Origin: Armatimonadota bacterium
GTDB taxonomy: Bacteria > Armatimonadota > UBA5829 > DTLH01
Assembly: GCA_039679675.1 (NCBI GenBank)
Contig: JBDKUN010000027.1
Coordinates: 1-38,437, forward strand
Direction of reading: 5' to 3'
Length of the DNA stretch: 38,437 nucleotides
The translations under genes and the position numbers were made by a program. Shown here piece by piece: positions 17,911 through 27,026 of this stretch. Numbering within the stretch: position 1 is the first letter of the stretch; each line of letters begins with the position of its first letter. The notes under the pieces are model-generated. The model did not search any database. It saw nothing but the letters and a program-made list of their open reading frames with translations, and had not been told where the DNA came from.

Positions 17911-19693
17911 TGAAATAAGAACAATTCTCGCCACAGACTGTGGCAGTACCACAACAAAGGCCATTCTGATCCAGAAACAGGACGGGGAGTACAGGCTTGC
18001 CGTCCGCGGTGAGGCGCCGACAACTGTCGAAGCGCCTTTTGACGATGTCACAGTAGGCGTCGTAAACGCCGTTCGAGAGATAGAAGACCTCTCGGGACGT
18101 AAGATTCTGGATGAGAACGGGCTCATCATGCGACCGATGCTCGACGACAAGGCGGGTGTCGATCTGTATCTGTCCACCTCCAGCGCCGGAGGCGGATTGC
18201 AGATGACTGTTGCAGGCGTTGTTAAGGCAATGAGCGCAGAAAGTGCGGAACGCGCAGCTCTTGGAGCCGGTGCGATCATTATAGACATCATTGCAGTAGA
18301 TGACGGGCGCAAAGACTATGAAAAGGTCAAGCGCATCAGGGAGCTTCGCCCGGACATGATCCTCACATCCGGCGGTACCGATGGCGGGACCGTGAAGCAC
18401 CTTGTAGAACTCGCTGAGATGCTGCTTGCAGCCGATCCAAAACCAAGACTCGGTATCGGGCTCAAACTTCCGGTTATCTTTGCAGGTAACAAGTCCGCGC
18501 GGGAAGCTGTTACTGAGACTCTTCAGGACAAGGTCGATCTGAAAATCGTCGATAACCTGAGGCCTTCGCTTGAGACCGAAAACCTCGGCCCTGCAAGAGA
18601 AGCGATACATGAACTCTTCCTTCAGCACGTTATGCAGCAGGCTCCGGGTTACGGAAAGCTGTCCAGTTGGACGGACTCCGGCATTATGTCCACCCCGAAC
18701 GCAGTCGGAAAAATCATCCAGACTATTGCAGAGCAGCTGAACATCAACGTGCTGGCTGTAGACATCGGCGGCGCGACGACCGACGTATTCTCGGTCTTCG
18801 GCGGCACATACAACCGAACAGTCAGCGCCAACCTGGGAATGAGCTATTCGATCTGTAACGTCCTTACTGAAGCGGGAATCACAAACATTCAGCGTTGGGT
18901 CCCGTTCGATGTGGATGAAGCCGATCTGAGAAACAGGCTCAGAAACAAGATGATCCGCCCGACGACTATTCCCCAGACTCTTGAAGATTTAAGGATCGAG
19001 CAGGCTGTTTCGAGGGAAGCGCTTCGCCTGGCATTCGATCACCATAAGTCCCTGGCGCGAACACTCACAGGTGTTCAGCAGGTAAGGTCGGTCGGAGACC
19101 TCATGGACCAGCAGGCAACCGGCCAAACTCTCGTCAAGATGATGGACCTCGATATGATCGTCGGCAGCGGAGGCGTCCTTTCACACGCTCCGAGAGCCGC
19201 CGAGACTGCCTATATGATGATCGACGCGTATCAGCCGGAAGGCGTCACGATGCTTGCGAAAGACTCGATCTTCATGATGCCTCAGCTTGGAGTTCTCTCA
19301 ACAGTCCATCCTGAAGCAGCGGCACAGGTATTTGACCGTGACTGCCTCATCAAATTCGGTCATGTCCTAGCACCGACAGGCACAGGCAAGCCGGGATCGG
19401 TAGCCTGCACCGTTACCATAGATGGCAAGGACAAAGATTACGTTCTCGGATCGATGGAAGTGATCCCCCTTGGACTTGGTGAGACCAAAGAAGTCACCAT
19501 CAAGCCCGGAAAAGGGTTCGATATGGGCGCAGGCCGTGGAAAACCGGTAACCGCCACTGTAGAGGGCGGAACCGTAGGACTGATAATAGACGCCCGTGGT
19601 CGACCGCTTGCTCTTCCTACCGACAAGAAGCAGAGAATCAACAAACTACAGGAATGGCACGCAGCGTTAGGGCTGCAGGCTTCGGAGGAATAG
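17903..19693 (+). CDS. Glutamate mutase L (GlmL/MutL)-family ASKHA-fold ATPase, long form
   Basis: 'TDCGSTTTKA', 'SSAGGGL', 'GGTDGG', 'MSTP', 'VDIGGATTDVFS', 'RTVSANLGM', 'GSGGVLSH'. TTG 17903 chosen just before the phosphate-1 motif. Confidence 0.85.
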   Translation: MANEIRTILATDCGSTTTKAILIQKQDGEYRLAVRGEAPTTVEAPFDDVTVGVVNAVREIEDLSGRKILDENGLIMRPMLDDKAGVDLYLSTSSAGGGLQMTVAGVVKAMSAESAERAALGAGAIIIDIIAVDDGRKDYEKVKRIRELRPDMILTSGGTDGGTVKHLVELAEMLLAADPKPRLGIGLKLPVIFAGNKSAREAVTETLQDKVDLKIVDNLRPSLETENLGPAREAIHELFLQHVMQQAPGYGKLSSWTDSGIMSTPNAVGKIIQTIAEQLNINVLAVDIGGATTDVFSVFGGTYNRTVSANLGMSYSICNVLTEAGITNIQRWVPFDVDEADLRNRLRNKMIRPTTIPQTLEDLRIEQAVSREALRLAFDHHKSLARTLTGVQQVRSVGDLMDQQATGQTLVKMMDLDMIVGSGGVLSHAPRAAETAYMMIDAYQPEGVTMLAKDSIFMMPQLGVLSTVHPEAAAQVFDRDCLIKFGHVLAPTGTGKPGSVACTVTIDGKDKDYVLGSMEVIPLGLGETKEVTIKPGKGFDMGAGRGKPVTATVEGGTVGLIIDARGRPLALPTDKKQRINKLQEWHAALGLQASEE

Positions 19694-19696
19694 CAA

Positions 19697-20818
19697 ATGG
19701 GAACAGCTTATACCCCGGGGCTGAAGGTCAGCCCCAGAACTATAGTGCAAAAAACACGACGTCTTCCCCTCAAGGGACAGGTCGTTGTGGCTGTGGGAGA
19801 TCAGGTCGACCCTGACACTGTCGTCGCCAGAACTGAGATTCCAGGCATCATGCAGACGATAAGGGCCAGTGAGATACTTGGACTTGAACCGCATGAGCTT
19901 ATGCCGGCGCTCAAAGTAAGTGTCGGTGATAAAGTCGAGCGGAACCAGGTTATCGCGGAGACAAAATCGTTCTTCGGCTTGTTCAAGACCGATGTCCGAA
20001 CGCCGGTCGCCGGAGTTGTCGAGCTGATATCGGAGCACACCGGCCATATCGGAGTCCGGCAGGTGTCAGCGCCGATTGAAGTATCGGCCTATATCCACGG
20101 AAAAGTAGCCGAAGTAATCCCTGAGGAAGGTGTTGTCGTCGAGGCAAAAGCAGCGTTGATCCAGGGGATATTCGGCGTCGGCGGAGAACGCACCGGGAAG
20201 ATCAAGGTTCTGGTTTCGGGACCGGATGATCACCTTACCGATGCCATGATAACGCCGGAACACGCCGGATATATCATCGTCGGAGGCTCAAACGTATCCG
20301 GAGCGGCACTCAGAAAAGCCGCAGAAGTCGGATGCGCAGGAGTCGTCGTCGGAGCTATCATCGACCGCGATCTTATAGATTTCCTCGGCTACGACATAGG
20401 CGTTGCTATCACAGGCCAGGAAGATATTAATACAACACTCGTCACAACAGAAGGTTTCGGTTCGATTCGAATGGCGGACCGCACCTTCAGACTGCTTAAA
20501 TCGCTTGAGGGACAGCAGGCATCCATCAACGGAGCCACACAGATCCGGGCAGGAGTCATCAGGCCCGAAGTCATAGTCCCGTCAGATAATGTTGGAGAAC
20601 TTGCCGCAGTAGACGATCTGGGACAGATTCTGGATATAGGATCGCACATCCGGGTGATCAGGGAACCGTATTTCGGTATGCTTGGGAATGTCACCAAGCT
20701 CCCGCCGGAGCCGGTGCTGATCCCATCCGGGGCAACGGTAAGGGTCCTCGATGCTAAACTCACTGACGGACGCGAAGTCACCGTTCCAAGAGCGAACGTA
20801 GAGATTATAGAAGAGTAG
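19697..20818 (+). CDS. Uncharacterised partner of the GlmL-like ATPase (barrel-sandwich hybrid repeats, swivel-like alpha/beta domain, KOW-like C-terminus)
   Basis: Starts 3 nt after the upstream stop. Repeated 'V.VGD.V....VVA/VIA' and 'TPVAGVV', 'AYIHGKV' half-motifs; C-terminal 'IGSHIRVIREPYFGMLGNV'. Confidence 0.8.
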   Translation: MGTAYTPGLKVSPRTIVQKTRRLPLKGQVVVAVGDQVDPDTVVARTEIPGIMQTIRASEILGLEPHELMPALKVSVGDKVERNQVIAETKSFFGLFKTDVRTPVAGVVELISEHTGHIGVRQVSAPIEVSAYIHGKVAEVIPEEGVVVEAKAALIQGIFGVGGERTGKIKVLVSGPDDHLTDAMITPEHAGYIIVGGSNVSGAALRKAAEVGCAGVVVGAIIDRDLIDFLGYDIGVAITGQEDINTTLVTTEGFGSIRMADRTFRLLKSLEGQQASINGATQIRAGVIRPEVIVPSDNVGELAAVDDLGQILDIGSHIRVIREPYFGMLGNVTKLPPEPVLIPSGATVRVLDAKLTDGREVTVPRANVEIIEE

Positions 20819-20823
20819 GGAAA

Positions 20824-20865
20824 GAAGCTGTCAGCTGTCAGCCTTCAGCTGACAGCTTCCCTTTG
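20824..20865 (+). terminator. Perfect 14-bp hairpin ending the GlmL cluster (probable terminator), built from 7-nt repeats
   Basis: GAAGCTGTCAGCTG (20824-20837) / CAGCTGACAGCTTC (20846-20859), then CCTTTG; U-tract is weak. Confidence 0.65.
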
Positions 20866-21029
20866 CTTCGAGCAACTTACTATCGAAGCCGACATCGCAG
20901 GTACCGGAGACTCTTCCAATATCCACCAGTCATTTTCTTCTCTCCCTTGCAGAAGTGAACTAATCCTTCGAGGTGAGCCTATTATCGATGCATCAAGATT
21001 GCACCATCTTCTCTCCCCCAGCCCCCTGA

Positions 21030-21272
21030 TTAGCGGACGGATGGACAACCCCAAAGGGATATTGCCATTTCACCAACACAGTATTGGCAATGAACCGTCA
21101 AAACGCATGTCTGATCTATACTGGTAGGCAGCTTCTGATTGCAGCAGTCCGGCATCATATACATATGCCAACAACTGGTAGAAATGCAAAGAAAATAGTA
21201 GATGTAATGACGGATGACGTGAGGAACCAGCAACAAGCAGAGTTTCAGGCGGGAGAGGACATAAAGACATGA
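21030..21272 (+). pseudogene. Possible 5'-truncated gene remnant coupled (ATGA overlap) to the downstream gene
   Basis: 80-codon open frame from an in-frame TGA (21027-21029) to 21272, no convincing RBS/start, at the start of the lower-GC islet. Confidence 0.3.
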
Positions 21273-22402
21273 CAAAGAAGAGCATAAAAGCCGCAATCTA
21301 TTTAGTCGCCATCACTGCGGTCACCCTACCGTCGTTTGCAGCGAGTCTGGCACACTATACACTCTATTACCTAGACCAGACTCATAACATCAACCGCATA
21401 CTGCTCGATAGTTCAGGGAAGCCTTTTGGCAAGCCTCATCAAATGACAAATGACATGGCTGTTGACGATTTCTCTGTTTCTCCAGACGAGAAGACTATCA
21501 TAGGGCTCAAAAAGACCGTCTCTGGGAAAAAGGGTCAAATGGGAACCAGCCTGATTGACGCAGATGTCTTTGTATGGCACATGGGTAGAACAAGCAGGTG
21601 GCCACAGAATCAGGACATAACTATGTTCCAGACGATGATGTGGCCCGGCAGTGGAAAGTATGTTGCATTTGTGTGCCACGATATTTTGGGGTTTACTTGG
21701 TATAGGGTATTCACTACACACAGTGGGGATATGATCGCGATGGGTATTGTAAGCGATGTGTCTCCCCTATCGCCGGACGAACGGTTCATTATAAGTCCGG
21801 TCAGCATGGAGAGTCACTTCGGATCCGTGCTGAAAGACCTAAAAACCAATGATGAAGCCACTATCTTTCAACCAGTCCAATGGCTTGTGTGGATTGGCAA
21901 CTCCGGTAAAGCAGCATGGGTATACGATAATGAGAGGATTTTAATAGGCGGTCCTGTATACACCAACGGCAAGCTCGAACTCCGAATGGATACTGAACTG
22001 CTCAAGGCATCGAAAACCAGATCAGACCCAGCTAACTTACGTTATGTAAAGAACAAGGGACTGTACTTCACGATGCGCGTTGGCAAGAGTGAAGAGCTAT
22101 ACATAAGCAAAGACTTAAAGACCTACACCAAAGTAGGCTTGATTCATCCAAAGGAGGAGCCTTTGGCAATGCAGGTTCTATCCAAGACATATAAGATCAC
22201 TGGTGCCCACAGCGCCGAGTATTCGCCGGACCGAAAGTTTATAGCGTATTCTGTCCAGCCAAATGGGACCCTGCAGGAAGAAATCAGGATTACACTGACC
22301 ACAAATGGTAAATCGGGGACGTTGTCCTATGGTAGTTCACCACACTGGAAGTCTCCTGCAAATCAGTGGAACCCATATGGTACCGATTTCCGTAATAACT
22401 AA
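21269..22402 (+). CDS. Secreted hypothetical protein with TolB/PD40-like beta-propeller repeats
   Basis: Signal peptide 'MTKKSIKAAIYLVAITAVTLPSFA'; repeats 'FSVSPDEKTI', 'WPGSGKYVAF', 'LSPDERFII', 'YSPDRKFIAYS', terminal 'SPHW'. Confidence 0.7.
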   Translation: MTKKSIKAAIYLVAITAVTLPSFAASLAHYTLYYLDQTHNINRILLDSSGKPFGKPHQMTNDMAVDDFSVSPDEKTIIGLKKTVSGKKGQMGTSLIDADVFVWHMGRTSRWPQNQDITMFQTMMWPGSGKYVAFVCHDILGFTWYRVFTTHSGDMIAMGIVSDVSPLSPDERFIISPVSMESHFGSVLKDLKTNDEATIFQPVQWLVWIGNSGKAAWVYDNERILIGGPVYTNGKLELRMDTELLKASKTRSDPANLRYVKNKGLYFTMRVGKSEELYISKDLKTYTKVGLIHPKEEPLAMQVLSKTYKITGAHSAEYSPDRKFIAYSVQPNGTLQEEIRITLTTNGKSGTLSYGSSPHWKSPANQWNPYGTDFRNN

Positions 22403-22666
22403 TACATCCTCATGCCCGCTACTGAGTTTTGGCTGATTCTCAATAGACTATTCGAACTCTGGGACAGGTATTGCACTTCGACAACAGCGAATCTCCCTTG
22501 TGGGGGAGAGAGAGCTTATATTGTGCCTCTCCTGAGGGTATAGAGGTTCTATACTGTGCAAATCTTGATAATTTGGGCAGATTACGCACAATCAACCGTC
22601 TTCCACTAATATAATTCCTGCTGTCAGATGAAATCTGGCAGATGACAGCTAAACCGGAGTTTTCTT

Positions 22667-24346
22667 TTGCGAAATACTATAAACCGCTCGGTAATTCTAC
22701 TTTTAATCATCTTCACAGCCATAACACCATCCTTCGGTGCCCGCTATGAGAAACAGCTTGCGGACGGAGTCATCTATATTCAGGATGTCAGGACGGATAA
22801 AGCCGCCCCGCTCGTGATAAACGTGCTAAGGATCGACCCCAGGAAGCCTGGCGTCCGGGTAGCGTCAACTCTTGGCCGCGGCACAGTCATGGAAAGCGGC
22901 CCGGCCAAAGGGCGCGAAGTCCCAAGCGCGATGGTTGCCCAAAACGGCGCTCTGGCCGGAGTAAATGCCGACTTTTTTCCGTTCACCGGCGATCCGCTAG
23001 GGCTGCAAATCCAGGGCGGCGAGATCGTAAGTGAGCCGATGGACCGGGCAGCATTTGGTATTACGACAGAAGGTATGGCGATTTTCGACAGGGTCGGGTT
23101 CAACGGCACGCTCACATCATCTTCCGGCGAAACATTTCCTCTTCGGGGAATCAACAGGCCGAGGGGAAAGAATGAGATAGTGCTGTTTACTCCTGTCTAC
23201 GGATCGACCACCGGCGCGAAAGACGGCATAGAGCTGCCCATATCTCTTGAAAAACCGCTTAAAGTAAATGCTGACGTGACCGCAACTGTAACAGGAGGCC
23301 CCATTACCGCCGGAGGAGCAATTCAGACAGGAAGCGCGCTCATTTCCGCCCAGGGACGCGCAGCAGACTGGATTATGAGTAACCTGAAACAGGGAGACAA
23401 GGTCACGCTCAGGTTTGACGTGAAATCCGGCTTTGGAAAAGACTGGGGAAACGTCATGGAAGCGGTCGGCGGCGGCCCAATGCTATTGAGCGGCGGTCGG
23501 ATATACGTCGATGCCGCTGATGAAAACTTCAAAAGGAGTTTCAGTGCGGGACGAAACCCAAGAACGGCTGTAGGAGTAACTGCATCGGGAGAACTGCTTC
23601 TGGTAACAGTTGATGGCAGGCAATCTATCAGCCAGGGTATGACGCTTAACGAGCTTGCGGCGCTTATGAAGAGCCTGGGCGCAGTCGATGCAATAAACCT
23701 GGACGGCGGCGGGTCTACGGCGTTCTCCATCAAGGGAATAGTCAGCAACAGCCCATCGGAAGGCAAAGAGCGACCAGTAGCAAACGGCCTGCTTGTGTAT
23801 TCGGAGTCGAAACAGTCCAGCCCCGATCCGGATGTGAGATTTGCCGATGCAGCTCCCTTGAACACAGCGTCAGGCAAGAGCCGGATGATCGGAATTATTG
23901 ATGAATCGACCGGTAAGCCTGCAAGCGAAGAAATAAGGGGCAGTATTATCTGGGGGGTTACAGGCGGAATCGGGTTTGTGAACCAGGCAGGTTGGTTTGT
24001 TCCGATAAGGACAGGAAAAGGCGCCATCGTCGCATTGATCGGCGGAAAGCGGCTGGAGCTTCCGGTGATAGTCGGCTCAGGACAACCGTTCAAGCTCACT
24101 GCAAAGATCGTCCCGGACCCGACCGGCGCTCCGAACCTCGGCCAGGTAAATGTGAAACTGATCGATGAAAACGGTAACGGCGTTCCGGGCAGAGACGTGA
24201 CGCTCACCATAACCGGCGGCACACCGGACAGCCGCTATAAAACGACCGATGCCAAGGGATCGGTGACTTTCAGCATCACCTGGGACTCAACCCCGGACAA
24301 GGCAAAGATAAAAGTATCATCAGGTAAGCTCCAGACCGGTATCTAA
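22667..24346 (+). CDS. Secreted phosphodiester glycosidase (NAGPA/DUF2233 family) with C-terminal Ig-like domain
   Basis: Signal peptide; 'GVNADFF', 'NPRTAVG', 'TVDGRQ', 'AINLDGGGST', 'RPVANGL'; Big_1-like 'LIDENGNGVPGRDV...TTDAKGSV'. Confidence 0.88.
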   Translation: MRNTINRSVILLLIIFTAITPSFGARYEKQLADGVIYIQDVRTDKAAPLVINVLRIDPRKPGVRVASTLGRGTVMESGPAKGREVPSAMVAQNGALAGVNADFFPFTGDPLGLQIQGGEIVSEPMDRAAFGITTEGMAIFDRVGFNGTLTSSSGETFPLRGINRPRGKNEIVLFTPVYGSTTGAKDGIELPISLEKPLKVNADVTATVTGGPITAGGAIQTGSALISAQGRAADWIMSNLKQGDKVTLRFDVKSGFGKDWGNVMEAVGGGPMLLSGGRIYVDAADENFKRSFSAGRNPRTAVGVTASGELLLVTVDGRQSISQGMTLNELAALMKSLGAVDAINLDGGGSTAFSIKGIVSNSPSEGKERPVANGLLVYSESKQSSPDPDVRFADAAPLNTASGKSRMIGIIDESTGKPASEEIRGSIIWGVTGGIGFVNQAGWFVPIRTGKGAIVALIGGKRLELPVIVGSGQPFKLTAKIVPDPTGAPNLGQVNVKLIDENGNGVPGRDVTLTITGGTPDSRYKTTDAKGSVTFSITWDSTPDKAKIKVSSGKLQTGI

Positions 24347-24521
24347 TCAGATACTTACGGCTTCGGGAGACATATGAAAGCCTCATAGTCTAATTCATCC
24401 ACACCAATATCAGCAGACTTTGCATTGTCCCGTTACTGCTCAGCATGGACTCATCGTCCGGTATCTTTTGATTCCTTCGAACGCCTGCCGTGGGACGGAC
24501 GAATACCGCTGGCCAGTCCAT

Positions 24522-26186
24522 TCAGTCTCTGGACATATTTCTTTGTAATTCAACTCCCATTGCCTTCACTGTAGCGCATGCCTCTGGATTGTCGCCGGAC
24601 ACGATTGCCGTAAGGCGGTCTCCAGGGCACAGTTTCGTGTCCGCGCCGGGCACAATCTCCTTGCCGGCCCGGTTGATTGTAACCAGCAGGCATCCAGCCG
24701 GCAGGTTCAGATCACGCACCATTTTACCGTCCATTACGGAGCGCGGCTCCACGACGGTATCGATTAGGATAGGCTCCGATGAGCCTGCAGAACGTTTTCC
24801 GCCGCGTTCGAGGTCATATTCGAGGAGTGACTCATAAATCGGCTTGTTGTGCAGGTAGTCTCCCATAAGATAGGCAATGAGCGATGCCACAATGAGCGGT
24901 AAAAGCTGCTGATAGTTCCCTGTCATCTCCAAAATGAGGACTATTCCCGTTAAAGGAGCGCGCACAATAGCCGAAAACGCAGCAGCCATGCCTATGACGG
25001 CAAATGCGGCAGGAGTATGAGCCATCTCCGGCCACCAGATACCGCTCACCCGGCCGACTATCGCGCCCAGAAGCGCCCCCATCATCAAAAGAGGAGCGAA
25101 TATGCCGCCTGGAACCCCGGAAGCATAGCTGATAATAGTCAGAACGAACTTGACCGCGAGCAGCAATGCAAGAAAACCTATGAGCCTGAGGAACGTGATA
25201 TGTCCGGTAAGCATAGTGTAGGACTTTCCACGAAGTACAAGTTCCGCAGTGGAGTGTCCGCCGCCTAAAGCACATGGCAGCCACCAGGCCAGGAGCCCTA
25301 CTATTACGCCGACGATGGCCGGGCGCGCCCATGCGGGAAGCCGCGTCAAGCCATGAGAAAACTTGAGTGAGCGCAGCAGTCCGCGGTTGAATAAGGCCCC
25401 CATTACTCCGCTGAGCAGCCCTAGCGCTACGAAAAATGGCAGTGCTGCAAGAGGCGGAGTCGGATAGCCCGCTATGCGAAACGACGGAAGCTGCCCGGTA
25501 AGTGTCCGAGTAACGATGTCTCCGGCTACCGCAGCGATCAGGGCTGTGCTGTACGTCAGCGGAGACATTTCCCTCTGCAGTTCCTCGATTACGAATATGA
25601 AACCGGCAAGAGGCGCATTGAAAGCGGCTGCCAGTCCTGCACCGGCTCCTGCTGCCACGAGCTGCGGCCTCGAACGCTTCGGGACATGGAGAAACTGGGA
25701 AAGCATCTTGCCTACAGACGCACCCATCTGGACTGTGGGGCCTTCGCGCCCAAGCGAGAAGCCCGCGCCGATAGCCAAAATGCCGCCGATGAACTTCACC
25801 GGCAGTATGCGCTGCCAGCGAATCGGCCTCAACTGGAGCAAAACGGCTTTTACATGCGGAATGCCGCTCCCGGATGCTTCGGGAGCATATTTGGAGGTTA
25901 TGTAACCTGCAACTGCGCCAACCACAGCGCCTGTCACAGGCAGCACGACCCATCCCCAGGTGGGGAACATCTTTAGCCAGGAAATAAAATGATTGCGTAA
26001 ACCTTCAGCGTAGAAAAGTGCAATCTGAAAGAGGACAGCGGCAATACCGGCGAAAAGTCCCACGAGAGCGGCGCGCATAAAATGGTGCTGCCGACGGCCC
26101 CGAAGCATGCTCCAGCTTCTCAATTTACGGGCAGATAACTTGTCTTCATCAGGTTTACTATTAAGTTGTTGGCCCTCAACCGCCAT
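24522..26186 (-). CDS. clcA: ClC H+/Cl- exchange transporter with C-terminal RCK_C (TrkA-C) domain
   Basis: 'GSGIP', 'GREGP', 'FVIEEL', 'GIFAP', 'PIY' signatures; C-terminal 'GKMVRDLNLPAGCLLVTINR..EIVPGADTKL.PGD'. Confidence 0.92.
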   Translation of the reverse strand: MAVEGQQLNSKPDEDKLSARKLRSWSMLRGRRQHHFMRAALVGLFAGIAAVLFQIALFYAEGLRNHFISWLKMFPTWGWVVLPVTGAVVGAVAGYITSKYAPEASGSGIPHVKAVLLQLRPIRWQRILPVKFIGGILAIGAGFSLGREGPTVQMGASVGKMLSQFLHVPKRSRPQLVAAGAGAGLAAAFNAPLAGFIFVIEELQREMSPLTYSTALIAAVAGDIVTRTLTGQLPSFRIAGYPTPPLAALPFFVALGLLSGVMGALFNRGLLRSLKFSHGLTRLPAWARPAIVGVIVGLLAWWLPCALGGGHSTAELVLRGKSYTMLTGHITFLRLIGFLALLLAVKFVLTIISYASGVPGGIFAPLLMMGALLGAIVGRVSGIWWPEMAHTPAAFAVIGMAAAFSAIVRAPLTGIVLILEMTGNYQQLLPLIVASLIAYLMGDYLHNKPIYESLLEYDLERGGKRSAGSSEPILIDTVVEPRSVMDGKMVRDLNLPAGCLLVTINRAGKEIVPGADTKLCPGDRLTAIVSGDNPEACATVKAMGVELQRNMSRD

Positions 26187-26258
26187 CCATCCGTTATTCC
26201 GTTCTCTTTATATCTATTACATTATCATTTTAACTCAACTCGCTCCAATTGCCAAAAC

Positions 26259-27008
26259 TCACTCCCGCCTTATCCATTTGAGCAGCCTGAACTCGCTGCC
26301 CTGCTCGCCGGTATCAGCGTTTACCTCATCCATAAGCGCGTTAATCAATTTGAAACCGATGGAGTTTATAGCATCATTTTTGCGGCGGCCACTGCTGCCG
26401 GTCACCTCCATCACGAATGCCGATGGACAGCACATACAGCGGAGGCATATTTTGTTTGGGTTCGCTTCGGAAGAAGCCGTAGCTCTCAAAATCTGCGTAA
26501 GGGCCTCTGTCAGAGCCAGCCTTACATCTTCTATGGATTGCGGGTCGAGCCCCGACTTCTGAGCAGCAGAAACTCCCAGGTCACGCAGGTGAAAAATCAT
26601 CTCCGGTTCAGCCAGGACTACAGATTCGGTTATTCTCCAATCCTGCCGGTTGAGGTTCGGTTGATCCTTGTGATGTCTGTGCCTCTCCGATTTGACCATC
26701 GCAAGCCCCAGCGACGCGGCAATCCCCGTTATTTGAAGCGCCCTCAGAATCCCATCGCTCATACCCGAAAGAGTAACCTGCACACCGGCCTTCTGTGCCT
26801 GTTTTGCAGCTTCGGAAAGCGCCATGAGCGCGCTCGAATCCAGCAGTTCCGCCTGTGAGAGATCGACCACGACTTTTGGGCCTTTCTCAACCGCGCGAGC
26901 CAGTAATACCGAGAACTCGGAGCTGTTCATAAAATCGACATCCCCATTGACCCTGACGACCTGCTCCTGTCCCAGTTCCAGATCGATGAACCAGCCGTTC
27001 ATCTCCAC
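26259..27008 (-). CDS. STAS anti-anti-sigma domain fused to a degenerate RsbW-like HATPase domain
   Basis: STAS 'VNGDVDF...VVDLSQAELLDSSAL'; RsbW-like 'IEDVRLALTEALTQ...IGFKLINALMDEV...GSEFRLLKW'. Confidence 0.82.
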   Translation of the reverse strand: MEMNGWFIDLELGQEQVVRVNGDVDFMNSSEFSVLLARAVEKGPKVVVDLSQAELLDSSALMALSEAAKQAQKAGVQVTLSGMSDGILRALQITGIAASLGLAMVKSERHRHHKDQPNLNRQDWRITESVVLAEPEMIFHLRDLGVSAAQKSGLDPQSIEDVRLALTEALTQILRATASSEANPNKICLRCMCCPSAFVMEVTGSSGRRKNDAINSIGFKLINALMDEVNADTGEQGSEFRLLKWIRRE

Positions 27009-27026
27009 ATTACTCCTATCCGAGAG

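Noticed and set aside
17903..19693. Glutamate mutase pathway or DNA mismatch-repair MutL
   Set aside because: No mutase subunits in the window; the protein has ASKHA motifs, not the GHKL motifs of repair MutL.
23323..24222. Long alternative ORFs (also 17819-18628, 24832-25953, 27613-28368, 32167-32877, 8330-9085, 14970-15701)
   Set aside because: They are antisense or off-frame shadows of well-supported genes and have no recognisable motifs.
24347..24521. Small ORF or ncRNA between the convergent NAGPA and clcA genes
   Set aside because: Only short frames without recognisable features, and no convincing stable structure by eye.
24522..26186. Fluoride-specific CLC-F exporter
   Set aside because: It has canonical GSGIP/GREGP/PIY motifs, not the CLC-F variants, and no fluoride riboswitch was recognised upstream.
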